64,000 nucleotides of DNA from Epithemia pelagica. Taxonomy: Eukaryota; Protista; Bacillariophyta. Where the stretch lies: NCBI GenBank assembly GCA_946965045.2, contig OX337240.1, positions 1,612,001-1,676,000 of the forward strand, read 5' to 3'. Both the position numbers and the translations under genes were made by a program. Below the pieces are notes generated by a model, which did no database searches, was not told where the DNA came from, and was given only the letters and a program-made list of their open reading frames with translations. Below are positions 11,247 through 22,905 of the stretch, one piece after another; the stretch's first letter is position 1, and each line of letters opens with the position of its first letter.

Positions 11247-12866
11247 TCGAACATTTTCCAACACGACAATGGCAATCATAGGCTTTGCGGGAGCCTCCTG
11301 TCTTTGAAACAATCTTTTTCGGACAAGGTACCAGACTTTCACTAGCAATAGAGAGTTTGACAAGATGCCCAATTTTTGTCACAGTCATCGGGCATTCCAT
11401 GGCATGTGTTCTTGCCATAACGGTAAATTGGATTTAGCTTGCCTAGGTAGGTACTCGAACTCCGAAAATCTGCACCACTGTTCGTAGTCAAATATAGAAG
11501 GAATCGAAAGAAGGCTCACCGTCCGATGGACAAGACGACGGAGGAACGAACACAATAACGAAGTCAGAGAGGCAGCTCATAGTTCGAAGGAATATGGATA
11601 AAAACAGCCAACGGAGGCGGAGTCACCAACTCCAGGAGAGGAGGTTCAGGTGGGCTTGCTGCGCCGCCGCTGCTCAGGAGAACTCATCATTGCCGACTTT
11701 TTTCATTGCCTGGTAAGCTCAGAGCTTTTTCTCGTGGAGAAAACGTAGTGCTTCACGATGAACGTGAGTTTTGAGCCTTTACAGACACGACGCCTGATGT
11801 GGCCTAGCCAACAGCAGGTTGCGATGAGCGACCAAACTCGAACCACAATGTGGTAAATTCAAGGAGATTCTCGACTACCCAAAGACAATGAGACGAAAAC
11901 AAGACTTGTCACCTTGGATGCTTTAGATAACATGTGGCAATTTTCCTCTCTCCTTCCAACACCTGACGAAGATGAATTTTATTTCTGTCCTGACTCAAGA
12001 TAGAAGCAAAATGATGAATGCTCTCCAATTCCTTTGGTGGAATGGCTCCACACAATACGGCGCAGTTTTGGAAGTGGACATGATCAATAAACTAATGGGG
12101 TCACGGTTGACGGGAGGAGTGTCAAAGGTTTTATCTTTGAGCGAAGCAATCACTTCGGTTCCTTGAACAGAGCAACATATCCGATGGTGTACTACCCCAA
12201 TGGGTCCAGAACGAGAAGAGAAATGTTTGGTCACAATCAATTCGAGAGGATGACATTAAAGCGTGGTGTCCCCCGGCGTGTATCCTGTTTCTCGATGGGG
12301 GCTGTTTTGATGAATAAGTGAGAACTGCTAGGAACTAGAACCCCCCGCGCGCGGCTGTACTCGTTGATCCACAGACACAGACGTGAATCCCAGCGAATGT
12401 GAGAAGGTCCAATAGTAATATTTGTAAAACTTTCATGACTACAACCGCTTGGTAGTTGTTCATGTGCATTCTGAGTTCTGAGACCTGATAAATATCAAAT
12501 AGCTCTTATTGTACTATATAGTGTACAAAACCTTTGCTTTATTTAAAGTAGAGGCATCTACAGTGTCGACGACCAACGACGACACATCATCTGATCTCTG
12601 TTTTGGCGACCAGAAAAACGGGATCATCGCCATTTCGGGCAAACGCGCAACGAACGTAAAACGTAACGTGAACAGTGAACAACCAAGGGTGGAACGATCT
12701 TGTGTTTTGGTCGACCATTGAACACTTTGACGAGGAAGCAGAGATAGAATCTTTTTTGCGTCTTGTTGTGTGTGTAACAGACCTTTTCCTGCAGCTTTCT
12801 GTCTTGGTGGTTGACCACGAGAACTGATCAACAACTCGTTTGTTCCAACACGCCCTTTTGACGGCA

Positions 12867-14635
12867 ATGATTGGACCCACGATTGTAAGTCCAGCTATGT
12901 GGTTGCCTTCTCATCACAATGTGAGAGCTCTAACGATTCTTCCTCTCGGACTGTGTAGGATCCAACCGAGGTTGGAGTAACGGGTCTTCTATGGTTGTTT
13001 TTGTCGTATGGATATGCTTTGTACCAAGGTGCCAATTTGATTAGTGAAGGGAGTGAATTGCTCTTGTTGGTGCCCAGTATGGCGGGTTTGGTGGGTGGTG
13101 TCGTCTTGCCCCTACTGGGTGCTGTTCCGGATGGTGCCATTATTCTCTTTTCCGGTTTGGGTTCCGTCCAAGAGGCACAAGAAACACTGTCGGTCGGTGT
13201 GGGCGCCTTGGCTGGATCTACCATTATGCTCTTGACGATCCCCTTGGCCCTCTCTGTCTGGGGTGGCCGTGTCGATTACGATCTGCATGGCGTACCCAAT
13301 TATTTGGGAAAACCCAAATTACACAAACATTCCAATCTCTGGGCCGAATTGACGGAAACCGGTGTCACCTTGACCGATGCCGTCCAACAGGGAGGACGGC
13401 TCATGATTCTAACGACCATCCCTTACTTTTTGATTCAGGGTCCAGCCCTCTTCTTGCATGGACCAGCCGAGGAAGTGGCCTCGGACGAACATTATTGGGC
13501 CTTGGCGGGCTTGGTGATATGTTTGATTGGCTTGTTGTGGTACATGCGATTGCAATTGCAAATTAGTCGCGAAAATGACGATCGAGGCCGTCGCATGGCC
13601 GTCTTGAAAAAACAATTGCACAAGGGATCCATGTCACTGTCGGGTGCCGTGGCAGCGCAAGTCAATGATTTGGCCGCCCAGGCGGCAACCGAGTATCAAT
13701 CGCCCAACAGTCCAGCCACACCCCTGAATGATTTGCAAAATAGTACCACTACTCGACCACCGCCAGCGGTGGCGGCCTATTTGCGCGAACTCTTGAGAGA
13801 TGGTTTTCGTGCGTACGATGTCGATCGGAATGGACAATTGGATCAACGAGAAGTCTACGTCCTTTTTCGGGATTTTAACGAAGCCATTTCCGAAGAGGAA
13901 ATGCAAGACTTGTTTGACAAATTTGATACGGATAAAAGTGGGACGATTGATTTGGATGAATTTATAGGCTTGGCCTATTTGCTCATTCAATTGCAAGATC
14001 AAAAGGGTTCCGCTTCCGCCGCCACCGACAGTACCAATCCTCTGCATTCCTCGATTCGCAACAGTACTAGTTTATCGGCCAATGCCTTTGCTCAGTCTGA
14101 AGAGGAGGAAGAAGAGATTCCTGAGGATCTGACGCATTTACCACCCGATCAACAACAGGCCGCCATCAAGAAAAAGGCCTTTTGGTTACTCATGGGCGGG
14201 AGTGCCTTGGTACTGTATTTTAGTGACCCCATGGTCGATGTCTTGGCCGCCATTGCCGGACGGTTAAACGTTTCGCCCTTTTATGTGAGTTTCATCCTCG
14301 CGCCGCTGGCCAGCAATGCCAGTGAATTGATTGCCAGTCAATATTATGCCTCCAAAAAGACGCGTAAGTCCATTACCGTATCCTTGACGGCTCTGGAAGG
14401 TGCAGCATGTATGAACAATACCTTTTGTTTGTCCATTTTCATGGGGTTGGTCTTTTTTCGGGGTTTGGCCTGGCAATACACGGCCGAGACAATTTGCATT
14501 CTGGCCTGCCAATTTGTGGTGGGAGTCATGATGCAATCACGAGATTTGACCTTGGGACGCGCCGGCCTGATTCTTGCCCTATTTCCCCTCAGTATTGGAC
14601 TGGTTGCTGGACTTGAGGCCATTGGACTCGACTAA
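12867..14635 (+). CDS. EF-hand-containing cation/Ca2+ exchanger (NCL/EF-CAX type), 2 exons
   Basis: Exon 12867-12884, GTAAGT..TAG intron, exon 12959-14635 in frame. Alpha-repeats GAVPDG and PLASNASE; EF-hands DVDRNGQLDQRE and DTDKSGTIDLDE. Confidence 0.88.
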
Positions 14636-14934
14636 CGAGTTTGGGCTATTTTGCCATTGGGTCATTATTCTGGCGTATTCTGGAATCCTTGCCTGTTGTT
14701 CACTCTTTGTAAGCCATTCGATTGCTGGATGACATCATCGCAATCAAGTGGACTGTTTGAAACTTCAACAAACGAAGAAAACAAGAAGGGGTAACTAGTT
14801 GGCCGGAAAGTAATATAACTGTCAGGTTAAAAGGTATTGGTCAAACCTAAAGTAGGGGTTCGAATGAACGCCATTCTACTATTCTCCCTTCTGTCGGGGA
14901 AAAAACTCTGAAACTATTTCTCCAGTTTGAACTG

Positions 14935-16776
14935 CTAGCTTTCTTCGATGGAAAGGCTGTCGTCTTGGTCGTCACCTGGCACCTCCTCTACTGTCTCCTC
15001 TTCTGTCTCCTCTTCTTCTTCTTGTCCTTCTTTGGACAAAGTAGTGTCCGTTTCACTCTCATTGCCCTCTTCCACTACCACAGCGGCTGTTTCGTCCGTC
15101 TTTGGAGTTGCGCTCTCTGCTTCCTCGGGTACCACGACACTTTCTTGTTCTTGTCCGTCCTCCTCCTCGCCATTGCCGTTATCGGGGGAATCCTCTACGA
15201 CGGTTGTATCTGCTTCCTCCTCTTCTGATTGGACCACATCCTCCACCTCCGCCTCGTCGTTGTCGTCCTCCTCCTCCACCTCAATGGCTGGAGTGGATGT
15301 GACGTGATGAATGGCCTGTGCGACATGCGGTAAATTGTGCGGATTCAATCCCGCCAAACTCAAGCGACCATTGCGGGTCAAGTAAATGGAAAAGTCCCGG
15401 GTCAAGGCGTCGCATCGTTCCGGTGTCAAGTGACTGGTATAGGCAAACATGCCCGTTTGCTCTTGCAGATGCGACCAATCCAAGGTCGATCCGGCATCGG
15501 CCAAGGCTTGAACCAAGGCGTGTCGCATCCCTTGAATACGACGGGCCATGGTGGCACATTCCTCTTGGTATTGCTCTCGCAGGGTGGCATTGCCCAAAAT
15601 GGTCTTGACAATGGACGATCCATGTCGTGGAGGAGAGGAGTACATGGGACGGATAATGGTCCGCAATTGCGACGTGACCGTTTCTTGTTCCTGGGGAGAA
15701 TTACAGAGAATGGACAAGGTTCCACATCGTTCTCCATACAAGCCAAAATTTTTAGCAAAGGATTGGGCCAACAAAATGGGAACCGTCTTGCCGTAATGGG
15801 CGCAAAAGGTTTGAAAATTTTCGGCATCGTGCGGGGCATTGCCACTGGCAAAGCCTTGGTAGGCCGAATCGAAAAAGGCCACATGACCCTGATCACGCAT
15901 CACACGACCAATCTCGAGCCATTGCGACCGAGTCGGATCACATCCCGTCGGATTGTGCGCACAGGCATGGAGCAAGACAGCCGATCCACGAGGCGCGTGC
16001 CGCAAGTCCTCCAACAATCCTTCCATGTCTAACCCATTGGTATCGGGATTGTAATAGCGATAGGGATGTGGGTCCAGCCCGCACTGTCGAAAGACATTCC
16101 AATGATTGGTCCAGGTGGGGACGGGTAAATAAATGCGTGGGGTGGGCGGCTCCGATTCGTCGTTGTCATTCACGGCGGAAGGACGACGGTCGTGGAGAAA
16201 GTGGGCCAAAAAGTGACCTCCCACACAACAGGCCCCCGTCCCCGACAAGGTTTGCACCTTGGCCATGCAAGGGTGGAGTTGTGCATAGAGCTGGGGGCCA
16301 TAGATCAATTCCAAGGCCACGGCGAGAAACTCCACGTCCCCTTCAATGGGCAAATATTCTTTATTGTCCGTGTCGGACGATACGAGAGCTTGTTCGGCGG
16401 CTCGCACCGAGGGCAAGACCCAGGGATTTTCCTCGTCGTCGCGGTAGGCACCGACACAGACATTGACCTTGTGGGGATCGGTACACTCCCGAAAGGCTTG
16501 CGCAATCCCCAAAATGGCATCGGGAGGAGCTTGTGGAACTTTGTTCCAAAACAAGTCTTTACGGTGCTTGGTTCTCCACGGTACGATTCGACGATTCCAA
16601 AAGAGTCGAAAATCCATGGCGTGCACCAAACCGGAAGGTGCTCCACCAACTGTTGCAGTAGTAGGGTTACGAGTCGTCCATGATGATTGTGGTCCAGGAC
16701 CAGTACCTCCCCAAACCACCAACAGCAAGAGCACCCAATGGTCGATTCGACTCGGAATGATGATCATCCTCATCAT
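14935..16776 (-). CDS. Aspartate aminotransferase (class I PLP) with N-terminal extension and acidic C-terminal tail
   Basis: APPDAILG, VGAYRD, QTLSGTGA, HACAHNPTG, FFDSAYQGFASG, SFAKNFGLYGER (PLP lysine). Confidence 0.93.
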   Translation of the reverse strand: MMRMIIIPSRIDHWVLLLLVVWGGTGPGPQSSWTTRNPTTATVGGAPSGLVHAMDFRLFWNRRIVPWRTKHRKDLFWNKVPQAPPDAILGIAQAFRECTDPHKVNVCVGAYRDDEENPWVLPSVRAAEQALVSSDTDNKEYLPIEGDVEFLAVALELIYGPQLYAQLHPCMAKVQTLSGTGACCVGGHFLAHFLHDRRPSAVNDNDESEPPTPRIYLPVPTWTNHWNVFRQCGLDPHPYRYYNPDTNGLDMEGLLEDLRHAPRGSAVLLHACAHNPTGCDPTRSQWLEIGRVMRDQGHVAFFDSAYQGFASGNAPHDAENFQTFCAHYGKTVPILLAQSFAKNFGLYGERCGTLSILCNSPQEQETVTSQLRTIIRPMYSSPPRHGSSIVKTILGNATLREQYQEECATMARRIQGMRHALVQALADAGSTLDWSHLQEQTGMFAYTSHLTPERCDALTRDFSIYLTRNGRLSLAGLNPHNLPHVAQAIHHVTSTPAIEVEEEDDNDEAEVEDVVQSEEEEADTTVVEDSPDNGNGEEEDGQEQESVVVPEEAESATPKTDETAAVVVEEGNESETDTTLSKEGQEEEEETEEETVEEVPGDDQDDSLSIEES

Positions 16777-17283
16777 CGTTTACACATGGAAGAGGGGAGG
16801 AGATTGGAGGATGAGTACGTGGGTATCTTTGCGAGAGAGTCTGTGTCAACCTTCCGAGGTGTCAGCGATTCACGAGTCAACAAGACTGAATCACCGGATG
16901 ACGGACAGTCGTTTCCGCGACTAATAAAATCGCTCTTAAGTCGCTTCAAAGCAAGGAATCTTTTTTCGCTTCGGGTTTGGGCATGGTATCTTTTCCGTCG
17001 GCATTTGCTCGCATGAGAGAGAACAGATGGCCATTGATCTTGTGTGTTTCGGGGTTCGGCGTCTGTTCGATCCAACCCTGCTCTGTTGTAGTAAAATAGG
17101 AGCGACAAGCTGCTTCTAGAAATCTGGAAGAGACACAAGTACGGCTTCGTTGTCAAGAAGAGTGAGAGTGTCTGCGTCCATCTCGTCGCTTTACTTGGAA
17201 GCAAGGGTCGACAAAGAGACCAGGGTTATCAGCAACTCTCTCTCTTTCTCTCTCTTGTGTATAGCGATTGAGGGACCCCTGCC

Positions 17284-18810
17284 ATGGTTGCACCTTCCTT
17301 GGCTCGTCTCGTTTTGATTTCGTTAACTCTGTTGGATTCCTCTTTGATTCACGTGGTTCGGAGTGTTTCCGCCTTTTCCCTTCAACATCCATCCTCGCCC
17401 TTGGTGATTGATGGATCTTCTTCTTCTCCTTCACCCTTGAAGAAACGTCGTCTACAAAACCATTATTCGGCTTGCATTCGTAGTATGAGCAACTCCAAAT
17501 CCAAACCAACCACCGGCTTGACACAACGAGGTGGTGGTGGTGGCACTGCCTTGAAGGATGCCTCCTCCTCTTTGTCTGCTCCGGCGGCTCCCCCGAAACG
17601 GATTCGCATTGCCGCCTTTGATAGTATGCGCTTCTTTTTGATTGCTTGTATTGTGCTGGGTCATTTTATCAAATTTGCCAATCCCAATGATTTTGTCTTT
17701 CGACTCTTTTCGCAACACAATGTCATTGTGGGAGCCTTTTTTGCCCTGAGTGGCTACGTGACAGCCTATACCTCGACGCAAGTGGGACAACGAGCCGCCT
17801 CGCCCAAATTGACCAGTACGCCCAGTCAAGAATGGACCCTCAGTCGCGTGTTTGGATGGTATCCCCTCCATTTGTTTGTCTTGATGCTCTTTAGTCCCCT
17901 CTTTGTTTATGCCGATGTCCATTACAATGGATGGCTGAAAACGGCCTGGCATGGGTTCTTGTCTGTCACCTTGACGCAAGCGTGGTTTCCTATGCATGCC
18001 GAAGTGTGGAATGCTCCGACGTGGTACTTGTCGGGATTGGCCTTTGCCACGGCCACCTTGCCCTTTGCCTTGCCCAAACTGGCCGCCATGGACCCCAAAG
18101 CCTTGCGCAAGACGGCCCTTTGGTTGACTATTGTCAATGTCTTGCCCAAACTGGGGTATGTGTACGATTTGGGCACCTTGACCATGCCCGAAGGATGGAC
18201 CTCCCCCAAGGCGCATCCCAATTTGGCCCTCTTTAACATGATTCGGTTCAATCCAGCGCTCATTACCGCCGAAGTCTTGTTGGGAGCCGTGGCCTGTCGG
18301 TTGGTCATGCTCGACAATGACAATGAGAACGACAAATCCAAACCGGTTCGGACCAATGCCTTTAGTACCTTGATTCCCTTGTTGGGCATTGTGGCCACCC
18401 TGGTGTTCCGGGCCACCAATGTGTTACCCGTCACGGACATGGTGGTGCGTCCCATGATTTTTTTGCCCCTCTTTTTGCGATTTCTCATGTCCTGTCATCG
18501 CAATACGGTACGAGGCCGTGACGTGGTGGTGGATCCGACGGTATCCCTTCTCTCGCATCCGCTCTTGGTCTGGTTGGGCAATTTGTCCTTTCCCATTTAC
18601 ATTGTCCATGGTCCTCTGGGACAATTGTTTTACAAGAAATTGATTGCCAAACAAGTGTTTGGACAAGTGTTACTGGGACCGGGATACTTTGGCCTGTACT
18701 TGACCTCGGTCGTTGTCTTGGCCTGGATCTTGCAACAAACCGTCTTGCAAAACAAATCGGTCGGGAACTGGTCCAAACGAACCGTGTCCAAGCTTTCGTC
18801 GTGGATGTAG
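17284..18810 (+). CDS. Acyltransferase family 3 (OafA-like) membrane protein, probably plastid-targeted
   Basis: AFDSMRFF..IVLGHF, FFALSGYV, WNAPTWYLS. Signal peptide ends VSA-FSL (ASAFAP-like). Confidence 0.85.
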   Translation: MVAPSLARLVLISLTLLDSSLIHVVRSVSAFSLQHPSSPLVIDGSSSSPSPLKKRRLQNHYSACIRSMSNSKSKPTTGLTQRGGGGGTALKDASSSLSAPAAPPKRIRIAAFDSMRFFLIACIVLGHFIKFANPNDFVFRLFSQHNVIVGAFFALSGYVTAYTSTQVGQRAASPKLTSTPSQEWTLSRVFGWYPLHLFVLMLFSPLFVYADVHYNGWLKTAWHGFLSVTLTQAWFPMHAEVWNAPTWYLSGLAFATATLPFALPKLAAMDPKALRKTALWLTIVNVLPKLGYVYDLGTLTMPEGWTSPKAHPNLALFNMIRFNPALITAEVLLGAVACRLVMLDNDNENDKSKPVRTNAFSTLIPLLGIVATLVFRATNVLPVTDMVVRPMIFLPLFLRFLMSCHRNTVRGRDVVVDPTVSLLSHPLLVWLGNLSFPIYIVHGPLGQLFYKKLIAKQVFGQVLLGPGYFGLYLTSVVVLAWILQQTVLQNKSVGNWSKRTVSKLSSWM

Positions 18811-19392
18811 TAACACCAATGCTCGAGTCCAAAAAAACGGTGTACTGGTAGGTTGGTAGATTCGCATCCATGAATAGGATGAACAATGCTCTCTACCTAG
18901 TAGATAAACAAGCAAGTAGGATCACACAAGGTAGAACACTCTCACTACTTAGCAGAGAAAACACGGATCCAGAATACGTTGCGTTCAAGAATCCACCGAC
19001 CACAACACGTAGCCAAAGATTTGCTCTTTTTCTCCACAGTCTTTCTTTCACTCAGACTAGTTGATTTCATGGAGCTGAAGTACGACATTGCTCAATACAA
19101 TCGAGTTGACAACAGAAAAATTTCTATGGATTCTTGTTATACTGGTTTGTCGTCGTGTCGTCGTCGTCGACGTTGGGAGGCCAAACGGCGCTTTGACCGA
19201 CGATCTGTACAAGTGAGTGGAACCCGCCAAATGGTGCACCCACACAAGAGGTCGAGTGCATGAAGAGGCTGTGACGACGACGACACCAATCACATTTGTA
19301 CATAATTTGATTCAGTAACGACCAGCTGGGCCTCCGAGAGAACGACAGTGTTCGGGGAATATTGCAACTGCCGAATACTGCTTTCAAGGTTT

Positions 19393-20355
19393 TTAGGACG
19401 GAGCATGCCGTGCCTGGGAACTGGCAATGTGTTCCATGTGATTCAACACCAACGCTTTCCATTGTCCCTCGCGATCCACATCCAAAATGTTGATACAGGT
19501 ATTGCCTTGGACAATGCTTTCGGTATTGGTCAATCCCAAGAGCGAGGCTAGGAGTAACTTGTTGAATCGACCATGTGCGACGATACATACATGGTCGCAG
19601 TCGGGAAAGGACCGCAAAATTTGATCGAGTCCGGCCGTGCCTCGTTGTACCACATTGGCTCGCGATTCCCCTCCCCCCGGCCAGGCCACTTGATCGTCCG
19701 TGGCAATCTGTTGATTCCACTCGTGATAGTCGGCCACTAATTGCAACTGTTCGGCTCGTTGTTGTGAAGCTTCGGGATAGTCTTGTTCGACACGTCGTAC
19801 TTGGACACCTTCAAAGGATCCAAACCGCATTTCTCCAAATTTGGGTTGAATGACTCGAACCGCCTGGGGAAAGGCTTGAGCGACGACATCGGCGGTTTGG
19901 GACGATCGTTCCAACTGCGAGGAGGCAATGACACCCAAGGGCAATCCTTGCAATTGTGCTTGGGCCTCCAGAGCTTGTTGCTGACCGGCCGCATTCAATT
20001 CCAAATCGTATCCCCCTCCTTGAATCATGCCGCGACGATTCCAATCCGTCTCACCATGACGCATCAACACGACGCGACGAACACCAGGTGCCAAGGGAGG
20101 CAATTGACGAACCAAGGAGGATTGTTCGACGACGTCGACGACGACTTGTTCGTCTTGGGACTGTTGTTGATCGACCGGTGTGACTGTCGAGGCAGACAAA
20201 CGGCATTCCGTTCGTCGTGTCGGTCCAGACGACGACGACGACGTGGGCGATGACCGGGGAAGATTCGGCATGTCTCCTGCTGCACCACCACCACCACCAC
20301 GGGCCACCCAGGCACGGACCAAATGGAATCCAATCGATAGAAGCAACAGTCTCAT
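19393..20355 (-). CDS. Histidine phosphatase / phosphoglycerate-mutase-family protein
   Basis: MRHGETDWN, SSQLERS.QTA, EMRFGSFEG, GGGES, VAHG. Signal peptide ends VRA-W. Confidence 0.9.
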   Translation of the reverse strand: MRLLLLSIGFHLVRAWVARGGGGGAAGDMPNLPRSSPTSSSSSGPTRRTECRLSASTVTPVDQQQSQDEQVVVDVVEQSSLVRQLPPLAPGVRRVVLMRHGETDWNRRGMIQGGGYDLELNAAGQQQALEAQAQLQGLPLGVIASSQLERSSQTADVVAQAFPQAVRVIQPKFGEMRFGSFEGVQVRRVEQDYPEASQQRAEQLQLVADYHEWNQQIATDDQVAWPGGGESRANVVQRGTAGLDQILRSFPDCDHVCIVAHGRFNKLLLASLLGLTNTESIVQGNTCINILDVDREGQWKALVLNHMEHIASSQARHAPS

Positions 20356-20844
20356 CTGGTTACACTAGAGAGAAGAGTGAGATTCTCTTTGTAGATTTTT
20401 GCCTGGTCAAAGGTTCCTTGGGCAAACTGGAAATGTGCCAAGTGTCTTCTGTCTTTTGGAAGCAGCACATGGTGGTGGTGGCTGGCCTCGTTCGGAATTC
20501 ATTTGTCAGCCAAAAGAAGCTTCGAGACACATCATCATCATCATCCTGTCATTGTTGGTGGGTGTTGGAAACGTCACCCATCCAAGCGCAAAACGTCATT
20601 GTCACAGTGGACTGACGTTTAATAGATTTGGTCCCGGTTTCTGAGTCCCGATACTGTCCGTCCGGTATTGAGGAATCCCGTTTCATAATTCAAAATACGA
20701 ACGGTAACCTTATCCTTACGGAAACGAGTTCTGCGATAGCATTGGGAAACGAAGCCTTTTGTTATTCCGTTCCAAATCTTGAAGAAGAATCACTGTAAAA
20801 GCGCAACAACGACGGTCTCATCCTATTCATCTACCGCATTCACA

Positions 20845-21998
20845 ATGGCAACGCGCAAAAAGACACTCAAGATTGTGATTCTTGGAGATTCCGGGTGAGT
20901 AATTATAGAGGAAAGGCGACGAATGGACTGGTGTAAAGTAGACAGTTTGCGGATAAGATCTTTCTGGAATCTCCTGGCGCCGTTGCATGGTCGATCCATT
21001 TTATTTGTGTGATGTGAATGTACGTGTGTTTTGTCTCATGTGATTCTTGCACTTTGCATCGTGGACAGTGTTGGCAAGACCTCCTTGATGAATCGGTATT
21101 CGACGGGCAAATTTACCGGTCAATACAAGGCCACGATTGGAGCCGATTTTGTCACCAAGGAAACGGTCGTGACGGATTGGTTTGGTCAACGGCATGTCGT
21201 GACGTTACAAATTTGGGATACTGCTGGACAAGAACGATTTCAATCCTTGGGCGTGGCCTTTTATCGCGGTGCCGATTGTGCCATGCTCGTCTATGACATG
21301 ACCGATCCCCATTCGCTGGACAATCTGGATCATTGGCGCAAAGAATTTCTACAACAAGTGGGAGGACCCATTTCCTCGCTGAGTGCGAATTCGGCGCAAT
21401 TTCCCTTTGTGGTGGTGGGAAACAAAATGGACAAGGTACGATCTGGAACCACAACAAGAACAAGACTCGAGACTTTGAATGTTGCACTCGCGTTTGGGGG
21501 CAGTGTTGTTTTATCATTTATGTTGTGGACAAGAGACATTCACCATGTGCAGTTCTAAGTCGAGTGAAAACCTTGGGAAGCGAAGCATGTTACATTTTCT
21601 GGATTCCCTCACACTTGATTTCTTTCAATTGTTCACCTTTGCTGGTGACTGTCTTTTGTCGATGTTGTTGTTGTTTGTTGTTGTCTTTTTTGTGTCAGAC
21701 GGCCGATCGATTGGTTCCCGCCCAACGCGCTCAAGATTGGTGTGTCCAAGCCGCCCAAGAATTTGGTATGGGTGCGCGACCCTTGGTACATTACGAAGCG
21801 TCGGCCAAGAATGCTCTCAATGTCGACGAGGCCTTTCATGAAGTGTCACGATTGGCCTTGCAATACGAAGAATTCAAACGACGATCTCAACCACAATTGT
21901 TTGTTCCACCCACGACACAACCCATTGATTTGCGTCGAAACACCAGCTCCAACTTGAATCCTTCGGCCACGAGACGACCCGACGATTCCTGTTGTTGA
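20845..21998 (+). CDS. RAB7: Rab7-family GTPase, 3 exons (20845-20894, 21069-21435, 21699-21998)
   Basis: Splicing restores [41 protein letters not shown] and C-terminal CC prenylation motif. Confidence 0.9.
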
Positions 21999-22905
21999 TT
22001 CGAACCGTGTTTTGTTGTTATTGAAGAAGAAGAAAAGGACCGGAGATGGTCTTTCTCTCTCAGGATATCATAGAAATAGAGTACGCAGACGCTTGTGTGG
22101 ATGTAATGGTAGCAGGGAAAAGATCAACGATACCTGTCTTGTGGGTCCTCTCGTTGGACGGTGGCAGACCAGTGCTCGACCAACCCATTATGACTTTTTC
22201 ATGTGGTTCAGTCCACGAAACCAACGGCTAGACGAAATGACCTTAGAGTGGGCTGCATCATCATGACTTTGTGGTTACAGAGCAGCTGGATGGCAACAGT
22301 ATACAATAACGGAGAAATGTTCAGCGTTCTAGTCATGGTACATTTTTCTTTCATTGGATTGAATCAACTCTTCTCCAGGACCAACTACTTCTAACTGGCT
22401 ACAGACTATGGGGTGAGACATTCTGAGGAAATCGACCAAAGCGGGAGCGTAAAGATGCTAGGAGTAGAATATTGAGACCTTCGTAATTCCTTCCCATAGT
22501 ATAGAGCTATGCAACACGTTATCGCCTATGGGTCGCTCCAAAACTTGAAGTCATATTTTCAAGTGATTTGGATATGACTCTCCTCCTCTCTCAAACCCAA
22601 TAATGTCATTGACACTGGTCTGCTCCACAACAACTGGTAAAGTTCTACGGGAAATATGGTTCCCAGGTACGTTTTAGCATCCAGTGTCGTGTTCGGTAAT
22701 CACGAATTGGGAAGAGTATAGGTGGTATCCTGCGCCGGACATGGATCTTGCCTTCTGTCTAATCACGACTTTTGGATCGATCTTCCAAAAATTGCATGCT
22801 CCAACACAGGTCTCATAAAATCCAAAACACGCGGACAAAGATACCACCACTACAACCACAGTGTATATCGAACAACATCTTGCTAACAGATTCTAAATCT
22901 CCACC

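Noticed and set aside
11400-12860. Several 60-120-aa ORFs
   Set aside because: No motifs or splice-supported model; treated as intergenic.
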